Below, one piece after another: positions 51,789-63,700 of a stretch of DNA of 64,000 nt. Source of the DNA: Lingula anatina (Eukaryota > Animalia > Brachiopoda); contig CM120648.1 of NCBI GenBank assembly GCA_051362555.1, positions 10,598,587-10,662,586 of the forward strand. The letters run 5' to 3'. A model generated the notes under the pieces. The model saw only the letters and a program-made list of their open reading frames with translations. It searched no databases and was not told the origin of the DNA. Position 1 is the stretch's first letter. Each line of letters starts with the position of its first letter. A program made the translations under genes and the position numbers.

Positions 51789-54362
51789 AGTAGTTTAGAG
51801 GGCCTGCAAAATGTACTGAAACATTTTAGTGCTCAATAAAATTATTATTATTATTATTATTAAAATCAAATAGCCAGTAGACTCGTACACAGCTTTCAAG
51901 AGTGTGGACAGGTGCGTAGGCCTATGTCTTCACAATATTACATGTATATATGCAAGCTGTGGCGATATCACCTCATTTACCGGCAGTATCAATTCATAAC
52001 GATTTTTATGTCTTGTTTGAAGGATGTCTTAAGAGATTTTTGAAATGATAAAATGAAAAGATTCCCTGCATTGTTTGACTAGTGCCTACTGTGTATACAG
52101 GTAAAACTGACACGCAGATTGTTCGTCGGTGAACTGATTAAATCGTTTGGTACCTGATAAGGCATCAGGTGTTACTTGTTCAATTGTTCGGTAAGGGGGG
52201 CGGCCACAACTACGACCTTTCCTCTGTAATTAAAACCTTCTAATTTTAAGTGTTAAATAGGCGAGACAGGAATTCTCGACTCTTTCCCAGACGATAATTA
52301 AAGTTTACCGTGTCTTACTCTAGTATATGTACAAAATTTACGACAGGTAAAAAATGTCAGACTTTCGGTCTGACAAGTATGAAAATTTTGTGAATGAAAA
52401 CTGAAACAAAACCGTCAGGCAATGGAAACTGAGACAAAACCGTCAGGCAAAACAAATTATAGCAAGAGGCCAAATTATTTGATTTTTGAATGTTTTCATG
52501 CGTATTTTCATCGTTTTCAATCAAAGACAATAAATCATTCAAATAAAGTGTTTTCCACACATTTCATACTTTCAACTATCTAAGACAGTTAAATATACGT
52601 AGGCCTTCTTTAATACTAAGCATATACTGTATGCATTAGTTTACAAATACATTGTTAGATTATTTTTATTATCAATTTTGTCTTTACCATACATGTAGCA
52701 CGTGTAGCTTACAGAAAGGCTTTTCTGCATTTTTTTGTAAATAACAATATATGCCCATTGAATTTTCTTATTCTTTTGTCATTGAGTTCAGAAATAAATA
52801 ACTTTTTTATTTTGCCGATAACGCGTTCAACAAGAGCCGATGTACTTTCTTCTTCGTATGTCTCTGTTGATCTTGATAATATGAATCCCGTTTGCACATG
52901 TACAAATCAGTAATACGTATACGGGATTGGACACATAATAATAAAAATTTTATTAACGTCTCACGTTTAAAAAAATAGAACCCACCCTACTAAGGGTTAT
53001 GTGAGACTAAAACCTGTGATAGGCCTACTACATTTAAAATGATCACTTATTAATAAAACACACACAAAAAGGATATTACATACAAAACTTTTCAAACCTT
53101 CTCTTTGTTGTTACACAAATAGTCGTGAAAGTTCTTGAATTTTTTGTAAGTAGAATCCCCGTGTAAAACTTCACAGCTTTTACTTTAATTCTTTTTTCAT
53201 AATCTCATGCTTAAAGTCTTTTCTTTCTTTTTAGGCCCCTATTCTTCAATTTTTTCTTCAGATCTTTATAATGTTTTTTTCTCACATTGTTTACCCCCGA
53301 GTTCTATTTGCCGATAGTTCATTATATCCGTTGATTAACTAAGCATTTCTGTTTTTTATTAAAGCACCGTTGACCTCCTAATATTATAGTTTTTCTTCCC
53401 GCCTTCGAAATGTTCAGCGCAAACGCGGTGCCCTGCTTTTATATTTTCCTTTCTTTCTACTATATTTTTCATTCTAACGGGTTTGTTGGGAACTTATTAA
53501 ACCTCATGTGTCGATCTCGCTTACTGTTATTGTAGCAGCGGGACAAAAAGCACGTAAACCCAGCCATGGTTTTTAGCACCGCTGTAAGTGTTTCGACATA
53601 GCAGGGCTCCCCTACCCACAAAGCAATTTTCATTTCCGGAAAAGATGAAAAAGGTTAATTTGGCGTATTCTGTCTGGCAGCTCAAAAATAAGACGGTGTC
53701 TTCTATTTTCAACTGAAATGCTGATCAGAAATAATTGCAAGGGTAAATTGCCACGCCACGGGCCAAGTTGGCCCCAGGATCGGGACAAGTTGGCCCCCTA
53801 TAGGAAAATGCAATAAGTATCCCATGTAAACGCCTTGAAATACATTTTTTTATCAAATTGATTTTTGAGAGTCTTTGATGAATAAGTGGCTCAAATGAGG
53901 CAGATATATTGAGGGTTCTGTACGTTACGTTGTATGCGTTGCAAGAAGCAAAATATCTATTAGTGAAACTTTTGTTTTAATTAAGAATAAACTAATAATG
54001 GTATAAAGTAGGTTTTAAGTGAATGAGACACGAATAACATTTCTTTTTTTTTTTTTTTTTTAAATCTCACAAATTCAATCTTAAACTGTTAAATATTTAA
54101 GAAACTATTGACTTTGCTTTAACAATGAACTGTAGCTCTGTTGCGCGAAAAGGATTGTGGTCTACATAAGGGTCCAGCTTGCCCAGAGTCAAGGGAACCA
54201 ACTAGCCCCGGGTGCACATTTTTTATTTAAAAAATTGCAGCCATTATTGGTGCTAAACTGAACAACGATGAAACATTTCTGTGAAACTTGAAACAATGAG
54301 CTTTAGTTTGGTGCCCTATACATAAACCATATTAAATCAAAAGCCCATGAAAATATAAATTT

Positions 54363-54440
<78 letters not shown>

Positions 54441-56189
54441 TCTCTTTAATAAAAGTACTATAAGATGCATCATTCTTTCATTTGGACTCACTGCTTAAGT
54501 AAAATTCGGTATTATTGGGTACAGTCGATACAGTCGATTTACAAAATGATGTGATCAATTTTTTTTATTCCAGTTTATTTTTTCATAAATTGATGGGGGG
54601 GGGGGGGGACTTTCCCCGGTCTCCCGTAATTAAGTATCGATCATTCAACATCAAGCTAAGCCTAAGGTTGACCGGTTCTATTTCCCAATGCGCTTTTTTA
54701 CCCCGAAATATATCTATTATTGTCTTTCTTACTATTATAGTAAAATTCCTTATGATGTAATAAAGATAAAAGCCCACCTTAAAGAAGCAATTTCGATGTT
54801 CTTTTTTTATAGCCATCTTGTTGTGGTGGTCACGTGACACTGGTTTGAATAATTCTTGGTCACTGACCTGAGACGGGGCACAGAAAAGGAGTCCAGACAG
54901 TCTGCCAGCAAGCTTTTTTTTGTATTATAAAAGCATATTTGGGTCAATACATCTAAACTGGCAGGGGCAGATCCAAGATTATTTGAAGGGGGGGGGGGGG
55001 GGGGGTTCGCGGATGCGAAGCCGTTTCTCACCCGTGGGGTTCGTAGCCCGCAAACAGGCACTAATTTTTTTTTTGATTTTTTAGAGGGCGAACGGTGCCA
55101 TTTGGCAATATTTAGAACTATGATCCTGCTAGAGAAATTTCTTATTTCTTTATTTCAGCAGGGGGTTAAGGACCCCCCGACGCCCCTCTAAATCCGCCAC
55201 TGTACATGTATATCAACATAAGTAGTAAGTAAAATTATATCACGGATGAGGGGTCCACATTTTTATATTAATTAAGAAAAAATTAATCCACTTAGAGAGA
55301 AATTTTACTTGCCCCCTCTGCTGGCTGCCCTTAAGACTGACGTGGTGGAAAACTATATATAGACTTGTGTAAGTGCACTGTTAATGGATTGGCCATTGCT
55401 TTAGTGGTCAGAAGAGCAAACTACACGTAGGCCTACATTTCTGAGGTTTTTACGTAGACTACATATTGTTCGTAAATCTTGAAAAATTAAAAAGTGAGAG
55501 AAATCGAAGTAATTGAACCTGATCTCTTTTTAAATCCGCCACTGATATTTAATATCGTTTTTTAATAGGCCAGCCAACTTAAGATAAATGACCTTCAAAT
55601 CATTGTTTAAAAATTCAGACATAATCTTAGTCAAAAAGGGACCTACAAAAATGGACTTTGTGATAACATAAGCGTAACGCCACTCTTAAACGTTTTCTTT
55701 ATTATTTTATTGAGACAAAAAAGGATGAATTCAGTCCAAAATATATCAGTATAATCGCGTCATTAAAATTTCAGAAAGGTGTTTTTCTTTAAATTTCAGA
55801 AACTTTTTTTTGCCACAACGTTCAAGATGGCAATCAAAAACAGACTCGGTGTTAATTTTTTTTACCAATCAAATCGCGCTTGACTTAGAAAATCAACTAA
55901 TCAAAGGCGAACCGTTCCTGATTCCTCGACAGGGGTAACTAACCTTTGTCCAAGATGAGCTTGACGTACAGGAAATAAGAAACTTCTCTCCATTAACGGT
56001 GACCCACTACAAAGCCCCTAAACCATTATAATTGTTACTCCACCGGCTAAAGCTGCACCCACAACAAGGGTTGGTCAGTGTCTTGCACTAGCAGGATGGG
56101 CCCGCTGATGTCACTGGCGGTTGGGTGACAGGGGCACCTGCCTTAATTTGTAACATTAATGTAAAACTTTTGCTTTCTTCGCTTTTCCC

Positions 56190-56345
56190 TATACCAGGTG
56201 CTTTGCATGCGTATTTAATGCACGTATTTCGGATAATTTGCAAATTGGCATTTTTTTGCGCTTAAAACAAAACAGAGATCTGTTAAACTTGATTTACCTT
56301 ATTTAGTTCTGCCTCTCAGCTCAAAAATTAAGCAAATGCCGTAGC
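56190..56345 (-). pseudogene. Orphan first-exon module of the CARD-like family
   Basis: ATTTGCAAATTGGCA...TGTTAAA..TACCT...AGTTCTG..CAGCTCAAAA parallels 1075-1175. Confidence 0.5.
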
Positions 56346-56504
56346 ATTGTGTTAAGCATTGACAGAAGTAGTGTAAGCCAAGTAAATATTTTCTCGGTAT
56401 CTGATTGGATGAATTACATTATCCACATTATCTCATTCGTTCACGGGAGCACGTGGTGAGGCGAGGTCAACAATGAGAGTGATTGAATTACTCCTGATAT
56501 TACT

Positions 56505-56730
56505 TCTAGGTGAGAAGCCACGTCGGCTGTACAACTTACACCTGTTCAGTCACACCTTAGTCTATAAAAAAGTCTGTTTAGTAGAATCGGGAGTAGCAGA
56601 ATGCGGGAATCCACAGTGTTTGGACTTGGATGACATTTGATGAACTTCTTAGGTTCAGGTTAACGTTATTCTGTGATTATCTGACCTGCGCAGAAGACCT
56701 TTAAATGGCGTCTTAATTTTTTTACCCAAT
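56505..56730 (+). pseudogene. Family B fragment, copy 4
   Basis: MRESTVF/WTWMTFDELLRFRLTLFCDYLTCAED. Confidence 0.55.
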
Positions 56731-57829
56731 AATTATTATAAATAGTTAGAAGAAATAATAAAAACAGATTATGTGAAACATAAAATGAATTTTATCAATC
56801 ATGAAGCTTATTGTCGGACATATCCACAGATATTACTGCAATATAACCCTGCTGGTATACAGATCTGAAGATCTCAAATGCGGTACCGAGTACCTTTCAG
56901 ACACCGACTGTTAAGATGTTGATAGTAATATGTATAAAGTACCGGTAATAAAAACATCACTAAACTTGTGTGTCAGCAACGGTTTACCCTACCCCCCTCC
57001 CGTTTTTGAACTCTTCCGAAGCAGAACGATTTTTACCTGCAGCACATATATGAGCTGGGCAGTTTTACTATCATTTAAAAAACACGTCGACAATATAGTG
57101 AAAAGAGCCAGGAAAAGAACTGGGCTCCGTATCTCGAAAGGTTCGCTATGTTGCGCACATGCGCAAGCGTCTCGATTCCATAACCGATTCTATTTCGAGA
57201 TACGGGGCCATGGAATCGAGACGCTTGCACACGTAAAATTTTGGTATAGGAGGTATAGGAGGCAAACGGTGCCATTTGGTACGATTTAGAACTATGATTC
57301 TGCTAGTCAAAATTCTAATTTCAAGAAGGGCCAATTAATGTGAATTTTTCAGAAATCAAAAGGAGTCAGGACCCCCTGACACTCCTTAAGTCCGCCACTG
57401 ATTTGCCAATGATATATGTTACATTCAGAGTTATTCTATTCTGTTCTGTCTACCCTTTTATTGGTTTTTAGGAATTTTAATTAAATTGTGTTGCATTTTT
57501 GTCGATTATATTTCACCTCCAGTTGTACCCAGTACATAGAAATTAACATTTTCATCCATACATGGTATTTCAGACAAATGAATTATTAACTATATGTATG
57601 GATTTATTCATTTATTCCTATTCCAATTTTTTTCATATTTCTAATAAGAATAAACTAGTATCTCTCTCTTTAGAAGAAAAACTGCAGAACAGCAATATTC
57701 ACCCAAACATAACAGTCTAAGCCTACAGCACCCTTTCCACTAATTAACTTTTGCTCCTCGTGATACTTTCTTTCCTTCAAACAACTCGACTGTCAACTGA
57801 GATATACCAACTAGCTATTTATTTGATTC

Positions 57830-58835
57830 GTTCTTAGATTGCACTTTTCGCTGCATTATCTTTCAGCTGCAATAGCATACCCCCTGTAGGTAAATGCTCC
57901 ACACAAAACATCTATTGACCGATATTCTTTATTGCATTCATGCCACTTACGGGTAATGTAGTAACTATTGCATGTACAAATATAGTGTTTACACAGAGTT
58001 TGACGACATTAAATGGATTTATGAGGATAGGTATTCACGCTATTTTCTGATTATTTGATCTGCACAGAGGGACTATAAATGGCGTCCCAGTTCTTTTACC
58101 CGAGCCGATAGAATTTAATTTATGAAGTATCTAATTTTTTTTTTTTACAAATGGACTCATCAACAGGCGTGTACAGCTGCTGTAAACGTCATCTAGATTT
58201 ACTGTTGCTTCAAATACTTTAACCAGAGAGACAAAACTGCATGATGAAGGTATTCACGTTGAGGAGACATTTCAAAACAAATATGGATCCTCACGTAGCT
58301 ACCGGTACATGTACTGGCAGGCCCGTAGCCAGGGGGGGTTCGGGGGGTTAGAAAGAACCGCCCCTTTTGGTGGGAAGAGGTCCCCTCTGAGTGAACTTTG
58401 ATCTAGGTACATGAAGTTTTTTTGGGAAAAGGTCCACTTATTCAGAAAAAGAACTCCCCTTTTGAAATTACTGGCTACGGGCCTGTACTGGTGTTAAAAA
58501 GTTTAAAAGCATAACAGTTTAACCCTGGTATTATAGTATATATATAGCGGTTTAAGTATATACTGAATATTGGTGCTATATACTTGTAGGGAACTACGAC
58601 TGTGGTAGGGTGGTAGAAAGCAGAGAGATCCAGTGTGAGAGGTTAGTTGAAAATGTTTGCCTTTTGTACGAGAGATAATTGAAAAGATTTCGAACTTAAC
58701 CCCAGTAATCAGTAAGTGAGGAGAATATGATGGTTTTCTCTCTGACCCAAGATCTTCATGCCCAAATGTTCACATCCCTCTTCGATTTCGTGGCATTTTT
58801 ACCTTACGTTCATTGTGTGACTACCCATTACATAT
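57830..58835 (+). pseudogene. Family B pseudogene copy 5, interrupted by a MITE
   Basis: LHDEGIHVEETFQNKYGS..NYD..VESREIQCERLVENVCL..KDFELN..QDLHAQMFTSLFDFVAF. Confidence 0.6.
58318..58485. mobile_element. hAT-like MITE with 6-bp target duplication
   Basis: TIR CAGGCCCGTAGCCAG...CTGGCTACGGGCCTG flanked by TACTGG on both sides. Confidence 0.8.
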
Positions 58836-59647
58836 GACCTTTATTATGTCATTCTATATCAAACTCATTCTTATACCTCATTTAATAACTTAATTCTTAT
58901 CATGAACCTACAACATCATCATCTACTTCATCCAACGTGCCACAAAGAAACAGCTTGTTGAAACCAGCGTTAATGATTGAGTGACACATTTCAACAACAA
59001 AGTTTTGAACTGACAAATAACTGGTATTGCTACGTTGCAATCTGTCATGTAGGAGATGAGGGAGGCAATTCATGATTGACTGACTATGCTTCAAAAGGCT
59101 TCAAAGTTGTTCATTTTTTTAAATCAACACGCTTTCAAGAGCATAGCTATTCGTAACCATTTTCCTAAATATTTCAATTGCTGTGTAATTTAATATCTGT
59201 CTAGTTTTTAAATGGATCCAGTTTTAAATTTGAGCCCCCAGAGCATTTTTTAAATTCAGTTTATAGGGGTTGAAGGCTTTATTGCAAAAGGCGAAATCTT
59301 CTGCACCTTTTACAATATTTTTGGAAAGTGAATTGTGGCTAATTGTGTGACCCGTGAGCTATTTTGAAATGAGACCAGTGCAATTTTGGATTTATCGTGC
59401 ATTGGAGTTTTCCATTTTCAACATTACAGCTGACTTTTTAATACCAGTGATTTCAAAATGCTGTAGAAAGGTCTATTTCCTGGCGTTTGTTATAGAATCC
59501 AATTTAATCGAGTTAATTATGGAAAGTTAAATTCTATTATGTATCAATCGAGTAAGTAATATCAAGTATGCTATTTGTTTTTATAGTTTCTAATAATAAA
59601 AAAACTATCACCTATTTGTTTTTTTCATTAGTATTAATTGTTTAATT

Positions 59648-59980
59648 TTAGATAGTCGAGTGTTGACCTAAAGCATTTGTAAATAAATGTTTATTTCCCC
59701 ATATAGATTTCGCAGCGCTCCGTATGAATTCTAGTCCTTTACTTTGTTTTAAAAATCCACATTTAGGAAACCATCTGGCGTGTTCTCTCGAAGGTTCATC
59801 TCCCACTTCCCAACTCTTCAACCCGCCGTTGCAGAAAAAAACACACTTCACGTTGTCGTTAAAACCCGCGTAGAAAAAGCCTGCCTCTGCGAGCGACGCC
59901 GGCGTCTTATCTTTTTCGGGAGGCCACTATTCGAAGGTTGATATTCTGGCGTGAATTCACATTGTCATTAAAACCCGCGT
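59648..59980 (-). pseudogene. BIR-domain (inhibitor of apoptosis) pseudogene, no intron in the visible part
   Basis: [67 protein letters not shown]: a complete BIR signature with an in-frame TAG and one extra residue in CxxC. Confidence 0.9.
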
Positions 59981-59986
59981 TAAAAA

Positions 59987-60017
<31 letters not shown>

Positions 60018-60020
60018 AAA

Positions 60021-60592
60021 TGTAACAGACGGACTCTCTGGTTGTGTAAAATTTTATTGCTACAACTAAAATTTTCACCCTGTAATAAAGGTGAGATATA
60101 ATTAAATAAAATGACATACAACAAATAACTTATAATTCTAAAGTTTACCTCTATGATAAGGAAATAATAAATTTGATATAGATAATTACGGTTTATAAAA
60201 GCTATAACGGCTTACCCTGATCTTATTCAAGGGCGTTTATAAAGAGTGCTGGATATACGTCTTGGTCTGAAAACTAAAGATTAGAAAACGATGTAATACA
60301 GTATAGTATAGTGAAGTTGGATACGCAAAAGACAAGATAAAATATAACTAGAATTAAGTAGACGACATCCAACTTACCACATAGAAACAGACAGATGAAC
60401 AGCAACTTCAGCACTATTAGAAAATACCGCGTCAATGCCTTTTATAATGTGAAGTCACGTGGCAAAGACGCGGGAAGACAGAACAAAGGGACATAGACAA
60501 AAGAACAGACAAAGGAACAATTAGAGGGCGTCAGTGCTACATCAAGTCACAAGACAAGACGAGTGACGAGTTCATATTTACACATAGTTACA
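60021..60592 (-). mobile_element. 3' LTR of the Ty3/Gypsy element (572 bp)
   Basis: TGTAAC...GTTACA termini; polypurine tract GGAGGGGGGAGAG (minus) immediately inside at about 60593-60605; abuts a (TAAA)n tract. Confidence 0.85.
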
Positions 60593-60739
60593 CTCTCCCC
60601 CCTCCAGTGAAATGTCGTCCCGACATACACCAATACATACAAAAAAAAAAACACAAATATAAATACACAAATATTTACATTCAAAATGTTCCTTTATTAA
60701 ATAATATATTTATGTAAGATTATACAAATGAGATATATA

Positions 60740-63700
60740 TCAATTACTCATCAACCGTAAAATATCTTCGCAAATCCCCGCAACCTGAGACATAACTAAA
60801 TAATCAGGCGGTTTGCGATGTCGCGTACTCCTTCTGGGGATTGGAATGGGTGTGCGAGGCACAGGTACTGGAACCTTTCTCACATCTCGGGAAATTTGAT
60901 CTTCAGTACCATCGGACACCAATGATTCACTGGCAACTGACTCCTGTTCAGCTGTCTCAACTGTGTCCGGTGCTGCAACTTCTTCCACTGTATGCTCCGT
61001 CTCACTATCATTTCTACCAGCATTCTCTTTAAGTTCTCTGTCCACACTATCACCTACAAACACATATTCATCTTCCTCATCTACACTACTGCTACTACTA
61101 CTACTGTCTTTCCTCACTCGCACTCTCTTTTCTCTCATTTGATTACGAAGTCTCAATGACTTTCTCTCCCTCGGCTTTGGTCTCTCTATGGTAGTTTTCT
61201 CTGAAATAGGAAGTTGCGATATTGGTAATAACAGGTTCCTGTGAAGCACACGTTTTTCTCCCAACTTGTTTTCTTTTTCTACAACATAAACTGGTATATC
61301 ATGATTAGGCTGGGCACGAACAATATATGCATCTTGTTCCCAGCGATCAGCTATTTTGTGCTTGCCCTGAAATGCTACAACCTTAACCAATACCCGATCT
61401 CCCACTTCTAAGACAGAACCTCTCGCTCGTTTATCATATTGCTTCTTTTGTTGTGTCTGGCTAATTTCTGTTTTGCTCTGTGCTAACCTGTAAGCCTGCA
61501 AAAGACGTTCTCTCAGATTATCAACATATTCACAATAATCAGAAAAACTCTGGTTATCCGGTGTTAAGCCAAATACTACATCTATAGCCAACCTCGGCTT
61601 TCGCCCAAACATAAGCTCGTATGGAGTAAAACCTGTAGTTTCATGTACCGTACTGTTGTAAGCATGAATAAGAGGCGCAACGTATTTTTTCCAGTCGATC
61701 TTCTGATCTGGTTCTAGTGTCCCTAACATGTCTAAAAGTGTACGGTTAAGTCTTTCGGTAATGCCATTACCCATAGGATGATAACTAGTCGTACGTGATT
61801 TCTCCATCCCACTTAATTGACATATTTCCTTGATCATTTTCGATTCAAAATTTGTACCTTGATCACTATGAATCCGTTTTGGAAAGCCGAAATAGTAAAC
61901 AAAATTTTGTAAAAAGGTATTAGCTGTTGTTTTTGCTGTTTGGTTTTTTGTAGGAATAGCTACTGCAAATTTTGTAAAATGGTCAGTTATGACTAAAATG
62001 TTTTGATACCCACCTTTTGATGATTCCAAAGTCAAAAAATCCATACAAACGAGTTCTAAAGGCTGTGTACTTTGTATATTCACTAAAGGAGCTTTTGAAT
62101 TTGATGGGGACTTACGTTTCAAGCATCGTTCGCATGTTCTAATCCAGTTTTCTAAATCAACTGCCATACGTGGCCAATAAAATCTTTGCCTCAAGTTTAA
62201 CATTCCCCTTTCTTTACCTAAATGGCCAACGTCGTTGTGTACTCCTTTCATTGCTGTCGCTCTGTGACTTTTCGGTAGGACTAACTGGAATCTTGTTTCT
62301 CCAGCTATTTCTGCCTTCCTGTACAAAATACCGTTTCTCACCTCTAATCGTGGAAATTCTTTACAAAATGCTTTCATCTCTCCCTCTTGCAATTCTGAAA
62401 CAACTGGTTTCTGCTTATTCTCAACTCCTTTTAGAAAAAAACTTACCACTTCGTCCTTCATTTGTTCTGATCTCCAATCCACTGGAGTGAAGTCACTAGA
62501 GTCTAATACTTGCTCATCTACAATCTGTGCTGACATACAGATGCTTTCTAAATAACCAGTGTCGGTTTTCTGGCAAATAGATCTTATGACATCTTTAGAA
62601 ATTTCGTCATACTCACCTTCACTGTTTTGAGGTTTTCTTGAAAGTCCGTCGGCATCGGCATTAGCCTTTCCAGCACGATACCGAATAGTGAAGTCATAAT
62701 TACTCAAGGCAGCAATCCAGCGGTGTCCTGTAGCATCCAGTTTTGCAGTTGTAAGAACATATGTTAATGGGTTGTTGTCTGTGTAGACTACAAATGTGTT
62801 ACCATAAAGATAATCATGAAACTTTTTAGTAACAGCCCATTTCAATGCTAAAAACTCTAATTTGTGAACAGGGTAGTTTCTTTCACCTTTCGTGAGGCCT
62901 CTAGAAGCAAAACTAATGACTCGTTCCTTACCTTCATTTTCCTGGTATAACACAGCTCCTAGACCAGTCTGACATGCATCGGTGTGTAAAAAAAATGGCT
63001 TGCTAAAATCTGGGTAAGCTAACACAGGTGGTGATGACAAAATGCCTTTCAACGTATCAAAAGCTAGCTGCTCATCATCTTTCCACTGCCAACATGCATT
63101 CTGCTTAGGTGACTTTTTACCTTTTCTTTTCTTTACAGTTTTGGCATCTACCGGGTCAGTAAGTAAGTTGTACAATGGTCTAGCAATTTTTGAATAGTCC
63201 TTTACAAACTTACGGTAGTAGCCCGTGAAACCCAAGAATATTCTCAATTCATCTGCAGTTTTCGGGACAGGCCAGTTCTTTACCTTTTCAATCTTTGCTG
63301 GGTCAGCTTCAATGCCTCTTGAAGATACAATGTAACCAATAAAACATACCTTTTCCTGGAAAAGTTTGCATTTCTTTGGAGATAGCTTAAGACCTGCTTG
63401 TCTAAAGCGCTCAAAGACCAAGCTGAGATGATCCAAATGTTCTGAGAAAGATTTTGACGCTACAATCACATCATCCAAATAAATGTGACAAAACCTCTCA
63501 CCTGAGTCATGAATACCATCCAGCGTCTCCTCCATCATACGCTGATATGTTGCTGGAGCATTGCATAGCCCAAAAGGAAGTTTGTTATATTCATACAAAC
63601 CCAATGGTCCAACAGTAAATGCAGTGTACTGTTTATGTGCTTCTTCAATGGGGACTTGATGGTAACCACTCTTCATATCTAAAACGCTATAAAACAGCTT

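Larger units (their letters stand above)
47859..53657 (-). mobile_element. ISL2EU/Harbinger-like element, inverted and more diverged copy, interrupted by P-like copy B
   Basis: TAACC...GGTTA termini with AT duplication. THAP remnant MAGFTCFLSRCYNNSKRDRHMRFNKFP from 53567; VERVIGKIK at about 52810. Confidence 0.8.

Noticed and set aside
58900-59520. Possible decayed minus-strand gene downstream of the BIR
   Set aside because: Six stops in about 140 codons upstream of a 64-aa ORF and no recognisable motif; not clearly distinguishable from chance.
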